Source of the DNA: a virus
Lineage: Duplodnaviria; Caudoviricetes
Length of the DNA: 64,000 nt
Strand: one strand, 5' to 3'
IMG/VR virus record: IMGVR_UViG_3300010348_001730
Location: 29,822 to 93,821 of that record
Positions 36,315 through 46,993 of the stretch are shown one piece after another. The notes under the pieces were generated by a model. That model did not search any database. It had not been told where the DNA came from and worked only from the letters and a program-made list of their open reading frames with translations. A program made the translations under genes and the position numbers. Each line of letters opens with the position of its first letter. Positions within the stretch are counted from its first letter, which is position 1.

Positions 36315-36573
36315 TATTAGATTTAAATATAAAATAAAAGAAGTAGCACGACAACTTAACTTACCTGAAAGTGTTGTGGAAGAAGTATTTAATAATCAAT
36401 TTAAATTCTATAAAGAAAAAGTAGAAGAATTACCTATTAAAGAAATTCAAACAGAAGAAGAATTTAATAAATTAAAAACAACTTTTTATTTTAAACATAT
36501 TGGTAAAATGTTTATTAATTGGAGAAAAGTAGAAAAAATTAAAAAAAATATAGAAAAACATGAAAAAAATTAA
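36307..36573 (+). CDS. HU/IHF-like DNA-binding protein
   Basis: IKEVARQLNLPESVVEEV...FKHIGKM. Confidence 0.6.
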   Translation: MINIRFKYKIKEVARQLNLPESVVEEVFNNQFKFYKEKVEELPIKEIQTEEEFNKLKTTFYFKHIGKMFINWRKVEKIKKNIEKHEKN

Positions 36574-37087
36574 TTTTATACCTAGAGGTAGTTACATTTT
36601 AGTTACAAGTAATCTTGTAAAAAAAGATTATTCATTAATATTGGGAAAAACAGCACCTGAAATTAGAGAAATACAGCAAGTTGTAGCTGTAGGTCCTGAA
36701 GCAATAGGGGTTAAAGAAGGAGATTGGGTAATGCTTAATATGCAAAACTTTATTCAAACTGTTAAAAAACAATCAACTATTAGAGCAGGTGTTGGTGGAC
36801 AAGACATGATTACTGAACAAATAGTAATTCCGTTTTTTTCTATTCCTGGTGATGAAACAATTTATATTAAAATAAATAGTAGAGAAATAGAAGGTATCAT
36901 ACCAAATTTTGATACATTACCTGAAACAGTAAAAGAATTTGTAACTTTAAATGATTTTACTAAAGCTCAAGAAGAAATGGAAAAAGAAGCAAATAAAGTT
37001 TTAAAAGAAGGAATGACTTTCCCAAATTCTGGTGAATCAAAAGGACCTATGGTAAAAACAGATTCTTCTAAAATAAAAATGTACTAA
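36560..37087 (+). CDS. GroES-like co-chaperonin domain protein
   Basis: PRGSYILV, VVAVGP, VKEGDWV. Confidence 0.6.
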   Translation: MKKINFIPRGSYILVTSNLVKKDYSLILGKTAPEIREIQQVVAVGPEAIGVKEGDWVMLNMQNFIQTVKKQSTIRAGVGGQDMITEQIVIPFFSIPGDETIYIKINSREIEGIIPNFDTLPETVKEFVTLNDFTKAQEEMEKEANKVLKEGMTFPNSGESKGPMVKTDSSKIKMY

Positions 37088-37335
37088 TGATTATATTAAA
37101 TTATAATAATTTTGAAAATCGTGAAGGAGTTGTTTATGAAAACATAATAATTCCTATCGATATTCCAAAAGAAACAATTCATCAAATAGGCCCTATGATT
37201 ACAAGTCATGGGGCTTTTTATAAGAATGTAAGTATATTAAAAGATATTTATGGAGAACAATATAGAGTTGTAGGTAACTATAAAGATTTAATTAAGATGA
37301 TTAGACCTGAACAAAATAAAATAGGATTTAAATGA
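37087..37335 (+). CDS. Hypothetical protein
   Basis: Coupled ORF. Confidence 0.55.
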   Translation: MIILNYNNFENREGVVYENIIIPIDIPKETIHQIGPMITSHGAFYKNVSILKDIYGEQYRVVGNYKDLIKMIRPEQNKIGFK

Positions 37336-37871
37336 AATTATTTGAATTAAGAGATTGGAACGTAATTATTTCTGAACAAGCATATATGTTAACCCCATTC
37401 AAAAAAATTGTAGATAATGATAAAAGTAAAGATAAAACTCAAGCTACAAGAGAACTTGCTTTTTTATGGTTTTATGTAGATATTAAATCTGATTATCAAT
37501 ATCTTTTAAATGATAAAGAAAGAGCTTCGGAAATAGCTAAAGATTTAGGAATGCCTAAAGATTGGAAAATTTCTAAAGATTTACAAGAAGCAATTGATTT
37601 TTACAATAAACATAGTACAACTGTATCTTCAGAAATATTAAAAAATTCAATGTTTATGGCAAATACCATATCAATGAAAACAAAACAACTTGTTGAAAAA
37701 GATGATTTAACTATTGCAGAAATAGAAAAAATAGGTAAATCATTAGCTCAAATGCCAAGTATTGTAGCTTCATTACAAAAACTTGAAGCGTCTGTACTTA
37801 AAGAGATATCAGAAAAAGCAGATCGAGTTGGTTCACAAGATAAAGCTTTATTTGAAGATGGACTCTTTTAA
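37332..37871 (+). CDS. Putative terminase small subunit
   Basis: Immediately upstream of terL; DKSKDK..A..EL.F motif; helical. Confidence 0.55.
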   Translation: MKLFELRDWNVIISEQAYMLTPFKKIVDNDKSKDKTQATRELAFLWFYVDIKSDYQYLLNDKERASEIAKDLGMPKDWKISKDLQEAIDFYNKHSTTVSSEILKNSMFMANTISMKTKQLVEKDDLTIAEIEKIGKSLAQMPSIVASLQKLEASVLKEISEKADRVGSQDKALFEDGLF

Positions 37872-37883
37872 TATTATTTATAT

Positions 37884-40160
37884 ATGAAAATGAATAAATT
37901 TCAATCAGAAATACCTGAAGATTTAAATAAAAAAATTAAAGATGAACTTCTAGAATATATAGAAACAATTCCTTTTATTAAATATTTAATATCTGATGAA
38001 AGTGTTAGAGGATATGCTAAAGATAAAGTTCGACATTCTGATTTAAAAGATGAAGACGAAAGAAAGCAATATAATGATAATCGAATAGTTGTAGATGTTA
38101 CTAAACCACATATTTTAGAAGATATGGATTTCTTTAGAGAAAGAGCTTTATTTTTTAAAAAACATGGTAAATATACCAACATCCCTCCAAATCCAAATCC
38201 TAAAAGTGAATATGCTAATTTTTGGAAAGAAGAACTTCGTAGATGGAAAGAAGGACTTATTAGAGAATCTGATGGAGAATGGATTCCTGGATATTTATAT
38301 TACTATTGGAATTATGGTCCAATATGGCTTGTTGAAGAAGTAGAAAATACAAATAAAAAAAAGAAACGACAAAAAGCAGAAAGACAACAAGAATTTCCAA
38401 GACCTTGGTTAGGAGATTATTTATTTTTTCATTATGTAGATCAAGCAAGACAAGATGGTCAACATGGAAAACTTTTAAAAATGAGAGGTTGTGGATGGTC
38501 TTTTAAAGCTGGTGCAATTTCTCCATGTAATATGTATGTGTATCCTGGTTCAGGAAATGTTAATTTTCATTTAGCATCTGAAAAAACATTCTTAACAGGT
38601 GATAAAGGAGTTTTTGGAAAAGTAATTGATAATTTAGATTGGATTGCAACTCACACACCTTTACCTAGAATAAGACTTGTTAATTCTCCAAGATCCATGG
38701 AAATTCAATTAGGATATACTGATAAATATGGTAATCGAAAAGGACTTCTTTCTTCTGTGAATGGAGTATCGTTAAAAGATAATCCTGAAAAAGCGAGAGG
38801 TATTAGAGGACCTTTTATTCAATATGAAGAAGATGGTTTATTTCCTGACTTGGAAACAGCTTGGGGAGTTAACAGAGAAGCTGTAGAATCAGGTTCTGCT
38901 TCTTTTGGATTTATGATGGCTGGAGGTACAGGAGGTACTGAAGGAGCATCTTTTGAAGGTTCCAGAAAATTATTTTATGATCCAGAAGGATATAATATCT
39001 TTGGAGTAACTAATGTTTATGATAAAAATGTACAAGGATCTCCAAAATGTGGATTTTTTTGGGGAGCTTATATGAATAGACATCGATGTTATGATTTAAT
39101 TAATGGAGAACCAGATGTAATCAAAGCATTAATTGAAATTATTGAGAATAGACATTTAATTGCTAAAAACACTTCAGATCCTGCAGCTTTGACACAAGCT
39201 AGAGCAGAAAAACCTGTGACACCTCAAGAAGCAATAATGCGTACTGACGGTACAATATTTCCTGTAGGAGATCTTAGTGATTATTTAGATAGTATTAAAC
39301 CTGAAGAACAAAGATTTACAGGTAACCATTATATTGGAGAATTGGTTTATGATGCAGTAGAAGGAGTTAAATGGAAACCAAATGCTGATTTAAAACCAAT
39401 AAGATTAGCTAGTGTAGAAAGAGGTAAAAATAGGGAAGGAGCTGTTGAAATTTTTGAATTACCTAAAAAAGACTCTTCAGGTAAAGTTCAATCAGGAAGA
39501 TATATCGCAGGTATTGACCCTATTGATGCTGATGAAGGAGATTCATTATTTTCAATATTAATATTAGATTTACTTACTGATAGAATTGTTGCAGAATATA
39601 CAGGAAGATATCCTAAAGCCGAACAATGTTATGAAATAGCATTAAAACTTTGTGTTTTTTATAATGCACAAGCAAATTATGAAAATAATTTAAAAGGACT
39701 ACATTCTTATTTTAAGAATAAAAATGCTTTACATTATTTAGCAGATACTCCTGAAATACTTAAAGATATGGACATGTTAAAACCATCAATGTCTAATCCT
39801 AAAGGTACCAGATCAACTAAACCAATTAATGCTTGGGGAAGACAACTACAAGTAACTTGGATGTTGACTGAAGCTTATACACAAGAAGAAAATAAAAAAT
39901 TAAATTTACATACAATTAGATCTTTAGGATATCTAGAAGAATGTATTGTGTGGAATCCTGACGGAAACTTTGATAGAGTTTCTGCAGCAAATATGCTTTT
40001 TATATTGAGAGAAGATAAATTGAGACAAAGGGAAAGTTTAAGAAATGTAGAAACTAAAAGTAAATCTTCTCATTCTTGGGTAAATAGTAAATTTTTTGAT
40101 TCTGTTTATGGAAAACAAAGAGATAATTCTGAAAAATATAAAAGTATTTTCAGCGATTAG
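37884..40160 (+). CDS. terL: Terminase large subunit
   Basis: LKMRGCGWSFK Walker A variant, YEEDG, GGTGG, GIDPID nuclease, YENN, NFDRVSA. Confidence 0.92.
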   Translation: MKMNKFQSEIPEDLNKKIKDELLEYIETIPFIKYLISDESVRGYAKDKVRHSDLKDEDERKQYNDNRIVVDVTKPHILEDMDFFRERALFFKKHGKYTNIPPNPNPKSEYANFWKEELRRWKEGLIRESDGEWIPGYLYYYWNYGPIWLVEEVENTNKKKKRQKAERQQEFPRPWLGDYLFFHYVDQARQDGQHGKLLKMRGCGWSFKAGAISPCNMYVYPGSGNVNFHLASEKTFLTGDKGVFGKVIDNLDWIATHTPLPRIRLVNSPRSMEIQLGYTDKYGNRKGLLSSVNGVSLKDNPEKARGIRGPFIQYEEDGLFPDLETAWGVNREAVESGSASFGFMMAGGTGGTEGASFEGSRKLFYDPEGYNIFGVTNVYDKNVQGSPKCGFFWGAYMNRHRCYDLINGEPDVIKALIEIIENRHLIAKNTSDPAALTQARAEKPVTPQEAIMRTDGTIFPVGDLSDYLDSIKPEEQRFTGNHYIGELVYDAVEGVKWKPNADLKPIRLASVERGKNREGAVEIFELPKKDSSGKVQSGRYIAGIDPIDADEGDSLFSILILDLLTDRIVAEYTGRYPKAEQCYEIALKLCVFYNAQANYENNLKGLHSYFKNKNALHYLADTPEILKDMDMLKPSMSNPKGTRSTKPINAWGRQLQVTWMLTEAYTQEENKKLNLHTIRSLGYLEECIVWNPDGNFDRVSAANMLFILREDKLRQRESLRNVETKSKSSHSWVNSKFFDSVYGKQRDNSEKYKSIFSD

Positions 40161-40216
40161 CTATTTTAAAATTTTAAATAATTTAAAACTAATAAATATA
40201 TTATGTTATATTTGCA
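40158..40216 (+). promoter_or_regulatory. Bipartite promoter motif upstream of portal
   Basis: TAGCTAT 40158, TATATTTGCA 40207. Confidence 0.65.
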
Positions 40217-40234
40217 AATTATTAAATATAAAAC

Positions 40235-42607
40235 ATGAGTACAGTTGTATCAAAAATGCCTCGTCAAAAATTATCATATTCTGCAAAAGGTAAACAATGG
40301 CGAAAAGATAACGTGAATCATGCAGATAAATATTCTTTCTATAATAATGAAAGAGTCAGACAAACATTACGAAATAGAATTATTAATTTAAATCTTTATA
40401 ATGGAATTGTTTCTCCTGAAGATATTGCAAACACATTAAATCCTCAAGGAATTGATGCTGACTTCATTACAAGAGAAATCCCTCATCATCCAATAATGAC
40501 ACCTAAAATAGATGTTTTAATTGGTGAAGAAATTAATAGACCTTTTGATTGGTTTTTCACAGTAATTAGTCCTGACGCAATTTCTAAAAAAGAAGAAGAA
40601 AAATCTGCATTAGTTAAACAAAAATTAGTATCAATTTTACAACAAGGTCTTTCTGAAGAAGAAGCTCAAAAAGAAATTGAAAAATTTTCTAAATATTTGA
40701 AATATAATTTTCAAGATTCTAGAGAAAGAATGGTTAATCATTTAGTTAAACATTATTATGAAGAACTTAATTTTTCAAATAAGTTTAATGAAGGATTTAA
40801 AGATGCTTTAATTAATGCTGAAGAAATTTATCAATGTGATATTGTTTCAAATGAACCTACTTTTGAAAAATTAAATAGTTTAAAAGTACATTCTGTTAGA
40901 TCATCTAATTCATCTAAAATTGAAGATTCAGATCTTATTGTTATTGAAGATCATTGGTCGCCTGGTAAAATAATTGATTATTATTATGATGAATTAAAAG
41001 CTGCAGATATTGATCAAATTACTGAATATTCTACAAGTGGTACTACAGGTAAAGGTGCTTATACTACAGATGATCAAAATCATCTTTTGTTAAGAGATAC
41101 TCATGAAAGTATTATAAATAGTTATTTAGATATTGCTGAAATAAATGGTCATCAATTTACAAGTAAATATATTGATTCTGCAGGTAACATTAGAGTTTTA
41201 AGAATTTATTGGAGATCTCAAAAACAAATATTTAAAGTAAAATTTTATGATGAGTTAACAGGAGAGCCTGATTATAAATTTGTGTCTGAAGAATATATTC
41301 CTAATAAAGATTTAGGTGAAGAACTTACTTCTTATTGGGTAAATGAATGGTGGGAAGGAACTAAAATAGCTAAAGATATTTATATTAGAATGCGTCCTAA
41401 ACCTGTTCAATATAATAGATTAAGTAATCCATCTGTTTGTCATCCAGGTATTGTAGGTGAAGTTTATAATACAAGTCAAGGTAGAGCTGTTTCTCTTGTT
41501 GATAAAATGAAAAATTATCAATATCTATATGATGTTATTTGGGACAGATTAAATAAAGCTATTGCAAAGAATCTTGGTAAAATTTTATTATTAGATATGT
41601 CATTAATACCTTCTGGATGGGAGCCAGAAAAATGGTTAGCTCAAGCTACTAAATTAGGTATTGGTGTTATTGATGGTTTTAAAGAAGGAAATATGGGTTC
41701 TTCTCAAGGTAAACTTGCAGGACAAATGAATGGTACTAATATTAGACCTTTAGATCTTGAAACTGGTAATTATATTCAACAGCATACAAATTTACTTGAA
41801 TTTATTAAAGCTGAAATGGGTGAAATTGCAGGTGTTTCTAGACAAAGAGAAGGTAATGTATCTAATAGAGAAACTGTTGGTGGTACTGAAAGAGCTGTAA
41901 CACAATCATCACATATTACTGAATGGTGGTATATGAAACATGAAGATGTTAAGAAAAGATGTTTACAGGTATTTCTTGAAACTGCCAAGATAGCATTAAA
42001 AGATAATAAGAAAAAGCTTCAAGCAATTACTGATGATATGTCAATTATAATGATTGATATTGATGGTAATGAAATTAATGAAGCAGATTATGGACTTATT
42101 GTTAGTACTGGATCTAAAGTTAAAAAAGTAAAAGAAACTCTTGAAGTTCTTGCACAAGCATTTATGCAAAATGGAGGTTCTTATTCTGTAGCAATTGATG
42201 TTTTAACATCTCAATCTATAGCAGATATTAGAAGAAAAATAGAAAACGCTGAAGATGAGATGAATGAAAGAAATGCTAAAATTGAAGAAGACAAAATTAA
42301 GCAAGCACAAGAAGCAACTTCTATGGAAATGGAACAAAAACAACTTGATAGAGATCTCAAGAAATACGAAATTGATGTTAAAGCTGAAACTGAAATTCAG
42401 AAGGTTATGCTTCAATTAGAAAATGCTCCAGAAGAAGTTAAAGAAACAGATGATTCAAGTGTTGACGAATTTGATTATAAAAAACATAAGGATGATGTAA
42501 TGTTAAAAATTAAAGCTTTACAAGATGCTATGATAATGCATAAAGATAAAATGGAACGTGAAGATAAAAAAATAGCAGTTTCAAGAATTAAGAAAAAAGC
42601 TGCATAA
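40235..42607 (+). CDS. Portal protein
   Basis: 790 aa after terL; PRQKL, PKIDVLIGEE, EWWEGTKI, AGVSRQREG, ETVGG typical of crAss portals. Confidence 0.9.
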   Translation: MSTVVSKMPRQKLSYSAKGKQWRKDNVNHADKYSFYNNERVRQTLRNRIINLNLYNGIVSPEDIANTLNPQGIDADFITREIPHHPIMTPKIDVLIGEEINRPFDWFFTVISPDAISKKEEEKSALVKQKLVSILQQGLSEEEAQKEIEKFSKYLKYNFQDSRERMVNHLVKHYYEELNFSNKFNEGFKDALINAEEIYQCDIVSNEPTFEKLNSLKVHSVRSSNSSKIEDSDLIVIEDHWSPGKIIDYYYDELKAADIDQITEYSTSGTTGKGAYTTDDQNHLLLRDTHESIINSYLDIAEINGHQFTSKYIDSAGNIRVLRIYWRSQKQIFKVKFYDELTGEPDYKFVSEEYIPNKDLGEELTSYWVNEWWEGTKIAKDIYIRMRPKPVQYNRLSNPSVCHPGIVGEVYNTSQGRAVSLVDKMKNYQYLYDVIWDRLNKAIAKNLGKILLLDMSLIPSGWEPEKWLAQATKLGIGVIDGFKEGNMGSSQGKLAGQMNGTNIRPLDLETGNYIQQHTNLLEFIKAEMGEIAGVSRQREGNVSNRETVGGTERAVTQSSHITEWWYMKHEDVKKRCLQVFLETAKIALKDNKKKLQAITDDMSIIMIDIDGNEINEADYGLIVSTGSKVKKVKETLEVLAQAFMQNGGSYSVAIDVLTSQSIADIRRKIENAEDEMNERNAKIEEDKIKQAQEATSMEMEQKQLDRDLKKYEIDVKAETEIQKVMLQLENAPEEVKETDDSSVDEFDYKKHKDDVMLKIKALQDAMIMHKDKMEREDKKIAVSRIKKKAA

Positions 42608-42666
42608 TAGCTATATTGCATTTTAAAAAAAATCAATATTTTTTTAATTTTTATATTACATTTGCA
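42608..42666 (+). promoter_or_regulatory. Bipartite promoter motif upstream of scaffold/MCP
   Basis: TAGCTAT 42608, TACATTTGCA 42657. Confidence 0.65.
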
Positions 42667-42682
42667 AAATAAAAGGAGAAAT

Positions 42683-43759
42683 ATGGAAGATAATAATTAT
42701 GGAATGAATTTATTTTTAGATGATGAATTTTTAGATGATGAAAATTTAAATCTAGAAAACGAAAATGGCGATGAGCCTGAAATAGAAAATGAAGAGATCG
42801 ACGAGGATGTAAATCAGGATGAAGTAGTCGAAGAAGCAGAGGATGAGGAAACTGATCAAAATGACGACGAAACTTCTTCCCCTCCTTTATATAAATCCTT
42901 AGCGTCACATTTATATGATAAAGGTATTCTCGCCTCTGTTGATTCTTCAAAAATAGAAAATGTTAAAACACCTGAAGATTTAGAAGCATTAGTCATTGAA
43001 CAAATGAAAGCTAATGAATATAAAGATTTAACTGATATTCAAAAAGAAGCATTAGAAGCTTTCAGAAATGGGGTTAGTGTTGAAACATTTAAACAACAAA
43101 AAGAAATTGAATTAGAGTTAGAATCTATTACTGAAGAAGCTATTGAGTCAGATGAATCATTAAGACGACAAATTATTCATCAAGGATTTATTAATAAAGG
43201 TTATTCTGAAGATAAAGCTTTAAAATTAACAAATCGTAGTTTTGAAGTAGGTGAAGATTTACAAGATTCAAAAGATGCACTTGAAGATATTAAATTAAGT
43301 GTAAAAGAAAGATTCACACAACAACAAGAATACGAAAAGAATTTAAAAATTCAAAAAGAAGAAGAGCAAAAAAAGCAAAGAGAACTTTTAGAAAACTCAA
43401 TTTTAAAAACTGAAGAGCCTATAAAAGGAATTAAACTAAACGAAATAACTCGTAAAAAAGTATTAGATACAATGTTTGTTCCTGTAAGTAAAAATCCTAA
43501 AACAGGAGAAGATGAAAATGCTTTAATGAAAGCTCAAAGAGAAGAAAAAGATTTTGCTCAAAAACTTTACACAGTATTTACATTAAGTAAAGGTTTTAAA
43601 GATTTTAGTATTTTTGGAAAACAAGAAAAAACAAATACAATAAACCAATTAGAAAAAGCTTTAAAGAATAATCAACACGTATTAACTGGAGGAGATCCTT
43701 CATTTATTGATGATTTGAATGCTTTTGATCAAGAAATTGGAGATAAGTTAGTATATTAA
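42683..43759 (+). CDS. Acidic capsid-associated/scaffold-like protein
   Basis: D/E-rich N-terminus and coiled coil; lies between portal and MCP; ATG 42683. Confidence 0.7.
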   Translation: MEDNNYGMNLFLDDEFLDDENLNLENENGDEPEIENEEIDEDVNQDEVVEEAEDEETDQNDDETSSPPLYKSLASHLYDKGILASVDSSKIENVKTPEDLEALVIEQMKANEYKDLTDIQKEALEAFRNGVSVETFKQQKEIELELESITEEAIESDESLRRQIIHQGFINKGYSEDKALKLTNRSFEVGEDLQDSKDALEDIKLSVKERFTQQQEYEKNLKIQKEEEQKKQRELLENSILKTEEPIKGIKLNEITRKKVLDTMFVPVSKNPKTGEDENALMKAQREEKDFAQKLYTVFTLSKGFKDFSIFGKQEKTNTINQLEKALKNNQHVLTGGDPSFIDDLNAFDQEIGDKLVY

Positions 43760-43791
43760 AAATAATAATTATAAACAATTAAAATTAAATT

Positions 43792-45312
43792 ATGAGTGTA
43801 GGTAAATTTGTAATGACCAAAGGACAATATTGGTCAGGATTAACAACACGAAATCACTTGGGTCAAATTTATGCTACTAGACCAATGGTTGCATCTCAGA
43901 TCACAGGTATATTGCTCGCACAAGCAGGTATGAAAAACTTGGATACAGTGTTGAATATGTTCCCTGTAAAATATCTTGAAGATGAAGGAGATTTCATTTG
44001 GAAAATGGTAGGTTCTCATGAGAGAAGTATTCCGTTGGTTGAGGCAAGATATCAAGGTGCTGTAGTAAATAGTAATACTGTTAATGTTGGTGCAAATAGA
44101 GCTGAAATAGAGTTTGTGTTTGCTGAAAAATATTTTACAGATGTACATGTGATTGCAGGTTCTAAACCAGATATTTATCAATATCGTGTTTTAGCAGACC
44201 CTAAAGCAGAAGGTGTAAATGGGCCTTATGTATATACTGTTGAAGTATGGGGCGGACCAGAAACATATCAAGGTGTTCCAGGTACAGAATTATTAACAGG
44301 TGAAAAATTCTCAATTGAAGGAGCTCCTGTTGAAAGAACAATGTCTATTAAAGGTGCAGATCTTAATTTCAGCTCACCTTACACATTGAAAAATACAATG
44401 TCTCAACTTAGAGTTGAAACTACTGTTCCAGGTAATATGATCAATTGTAAATTAAATGCTACTGATGTATTTTATTCAAAAATTGAATCTCTTGACAATA
44501 CTGGTAAATTAAGAACTTCACATACTTGGATGCAAGAAATTTATTGGAGATTTGAACAACATCTTTCAAGATTAAAAGCTTACAACATTATGTTTGGTAA
44601 GTCTAATAGAGCAGAAGATGGTCAATTCTTAAATATTGGTAAATCAGGATTTAAAATTGAATCAGGTTCAGGTATTCGTGAACAAATGGAAGTTTCAAAT
44701 ATTGTTACGTATAATCTTTTCTCTTTGAGAATTTTAGAAGATATGTTACATGAACTTTCTGAAGGTAAATTAAATTTCAACGAAAGAGTCTTTGTACTTA
44801 GAACAGGTGAAAGAGGAGCTAAACAATTCTCTCAAGCTATTAATAGAGAAGGACAAGCATGGAAAGAACTTTCTCAAAACAACCCTGCTGTTGTACAAAA
44901 AGTAAGTTCTCCGTTGCATTCAAATGCTTTCAAAGCAGGATATCAATTTACTGAATATGAATTTGCTAACTCTATTAAAGTAATGTTGGAAGTAGATCCA
45001 ATGTACGATGATAAAGTTCGTAATAAAATAATGCATCCAGATGGAGGTGTTGCAGAATCATACAGATATGATATTTTATACATTGGTTCAACTGAAGAGC
45101 CAAATATCCAAAAAGTAATGGTTAGAGATAACGAAGAAATTAGAGGATATCAAGCAGGTTTCAGAAATCCTTTCACTGGTGAAAGAGGTTCTGGTAATAT
45201 GGGTAGAATGGAAGATAGTGCTACTATTACAGCTTATGCAATGCAAGGAGCTATGGTAAAAGATCCTTCTAGAACTGCATCATTAATTCCAAGTATAATT
45301 TATCAATTCTAA
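43792..45312 (+). CDS. Major capsid protein
   Basis: 506 aa; WSGLTTRNHL, GSGIREQ, RTGERG, HPDGG.AESYR typical of crAss MCP; strong terminator follows. Confidence 0.9.
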   Translation: MSVGKFVMTKGQYWSGLTTRNHLGQIYATRPMVASQITGILLAQAGMKNLDTVLNMFPVKYLEDEGDFIWKMVGSHERSIPLVEARYQGAVVNSNTVNVGANRAEIEFVFAEKYFTDVHVIAGSKPDIYQYRVLADPKAEGVNGPYVYTVEVWGGPETYQGVPGTELLTGEKFSIEGAPVERTMSIKGADLNFSSPYTLKNTMSQLRVETTVPGNMINCKLNATDVFYSKIESLDNTGKLRTSHTWMQEIYWRFEQHLSRLKAYNIMFGKSNRAEDGQFLNIGKSGFKIESGSGIREQMEVSNIVTYNLFSLRILEDMLHELSEGKLNFNERVFVLRTGERGAKQFSQAINREGQAWKELSQNNPAVVQKVSSPLHSNAFKAGYQFTEYEFANSIKVMLEVDPMYDDKVRNKIMHPDGGVAESYRYDILYIGSTEEPNIQKVMVRDNEEIRGYQAGFRNPFTGERGSGNMGRMEDSATITAYAMQGAMVKDPSRTASLIPSIIYQF

Positions 45313-45320
45313 TAAAAAAC

Positions 45321-45357
45321 ATAGTACTCCAGAACAAAAAACTGGAGTACTATTTTA
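45321..45357 (+). terminator. Intrinsic terminator after MCP
   Basis: ATAGTACTCCAG/CTGGAGTACTAT hairpin followed by T run. Confidence 0.8.
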
Positions 45358-45377
45358 ATAATTAAAAATTAAAAATA

Positions 45378-46256
45378 ATGGGAGAAGTATTAAAAGGAGA
45401 AAAGGAGAAACAAACATTTCAGTTACCTGATGAAAAAGTAACGATTAAATTTATAAAAAGAAATAGAGGTTTAGCTGCTGATGTAGCAGATTCTCATGTA
45501 ATTTCAGGAGGTATGATTGAAGGTGCTACACGAAAATTTTGTGTACCTCTTTTAAGAAATGGAGGATTAAAAAATGTATTAACAAATGAAGAAAAAGAAT
45601 TTTTTGAAAAAGGACATTTCGCAGGAGTTAATTTATCAATTTATAGTGATTTTTGGAAAAACCAATTTGTAAGTCTTGAAAAAATTGATAATATTTTAGA
45701 TTTATCCGTACCTGAAGATTATATAAAATATAAAATTCTTTTAGCGTGGTCAGATGTAATTGCGCCATCTTTAGAAGAATTTAAAAAAATGAATAAAGGA
45801 ACTTATCAATTTTATATTACAAGATCTGGTGAAGAACTTAAAGATAGATCTAAAAAATTAGATTTAACTAAATCAGCTTGGAAACAATATTGGAAAATTG
45901 AAGATAATCGTGATGTATTAGTATCGATAATTTATTTAATGACTGGTAAAAAAGTTTCAGATAATTCAGCCATGAAATATATTAATACTGAAGTAGAAAC
46001 TTTAGTAGATACTAGAACAAAAGATTTTTTAAATTTAGTAGAAGATCCTAATTTTGAAACAAAAACATTAATTGCTCTTGCAGAAAATGCAGGTATTATT
46101 TTAAAGAAAAATGGTAAGTATGAAACAATTGACGGTTTAACATTAGCTAAACAAGGAGAAATTGCTTCATTACCAAATGCTGTCAACTATTTAATTGATC
46201 CTAAAAATCAAGAAGTTCGAGATTTAATTCAAGCAAGAGTGTCAAATACAAAATAA
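45378..46256 (+). CDS. Conserved crAss-like protein downstream of MCP
   Basis: Synteny; LDLSVPEDYIKYKIL, YLIDPKNQE. Confidence 0.65.
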   Translation: MGEVLKGEKEKQTFQLPDEKVTIKFIKRNRGLAADVADSHVISGGMIEGATRKFCVPLLRNGGLKNVLTNEEKEFFEKGHFAGVNLSIYSDFWKNQFVSLEKIDNILDLSVPEDYIKYKILLAWSDVIAPSLEEFKKMNKGTYQFYITRSGEELKDRSKKLDLTKSAWKQYWKIEDNRDVLVSIIYLMTGKKVSDNSAMKYINTEVETLVDTRTKDFLNLVEDPNFETKTLIALAENAGIILKKNGKYETIDGLTLAKQGEIASLPNAVNYLIDPKNQEVRDLIQARVSNTK

Positions 46257-46259
46257 TAA

Positions 46260-46982
46260 ATGACAACTAGTGAATTTAGTTTACAATTTGATATTCTTTA
46301 TAATAATATTGCATCAAATGCTGCACCTGGAATTGATAAATATGAAAAATCTGTATATTTAACTAAAGCTCAACTTGAGATTATAAAAGAATATAATGGT
46401 TTACAAAATAAATATCAAAAAGGATTTGAAGGTTCTGATAAAAGAAGAACTGATTTAAAAGAATTAATTAAAGACTATAAGTCAAATTCTTTTATTAGTA
46501 ATTCTCAAAATATTAATTCTAATTCTAAATTTTGTGTACTTCCTCAAGACGTGTTTTTAATAAAGCATGAAAAAGGAATTTTTAAAAAAAATGGATGTGA
46601 AAAAGAATTAACTATTGTCCCTACAACATTGGATCAATTTGAAGAAAATATTAAAAATCCTTTTAGAAAACCTTACGAAGAAAAAGCTTGGAGATTAGAT
46701 TATAATTCGTCAATGGTTGAGATAGTGAGTAATGTAGATATTATTGAATATCAAATTAGATATTTAAAATATCCTGAACCAATAATTTTGACAAATTTAG
46801 CAACAGATCCTGAATTTTCAGGAATGAATTTAACAATTGATGGAATTACAAGTGAACAAACTTGTAAATTAAATAAAGAAATTCATCCAGAAATTTTAGA
46901 TAGAGCAGTAGAATTAGCATATAGTGATTATAGAGAAAGTAATCTAAAAAATAAAGTTCAATTAAATAATAGAAATAATTAA
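46260..46982 (+). CDS. Head-tail ring/adaptor protein
   Basis: EFSLQFDILYNNI.SN.APG..YEKS..LTKAQ, HPEILDRAVELA; synteny. Confidence 0.7.
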   Translation: MTTSEFSLQFDILYNNIASNAAPGIDKYEKSVYLTKAQLEIIKEYNGLQNKYQKGFEGSDKRRTDLKELIKDYKSNSFISNSQNINSNSKFCVLPQDVFLIKHEKGIFKKNGCEKELTIVPTTLDQFEENIKNPFRKPYEEKAWRLDYNSSMVEIVSNVDIIEYQIRYLKYPEPIILTNLATDPEFSGMNLTIDGITSEQTCKLNKEIHPEILDRAVELAYSDYRESNLKNKVQLNNRNN

Positions 46983-46993
46983 AAATTAAAAAT

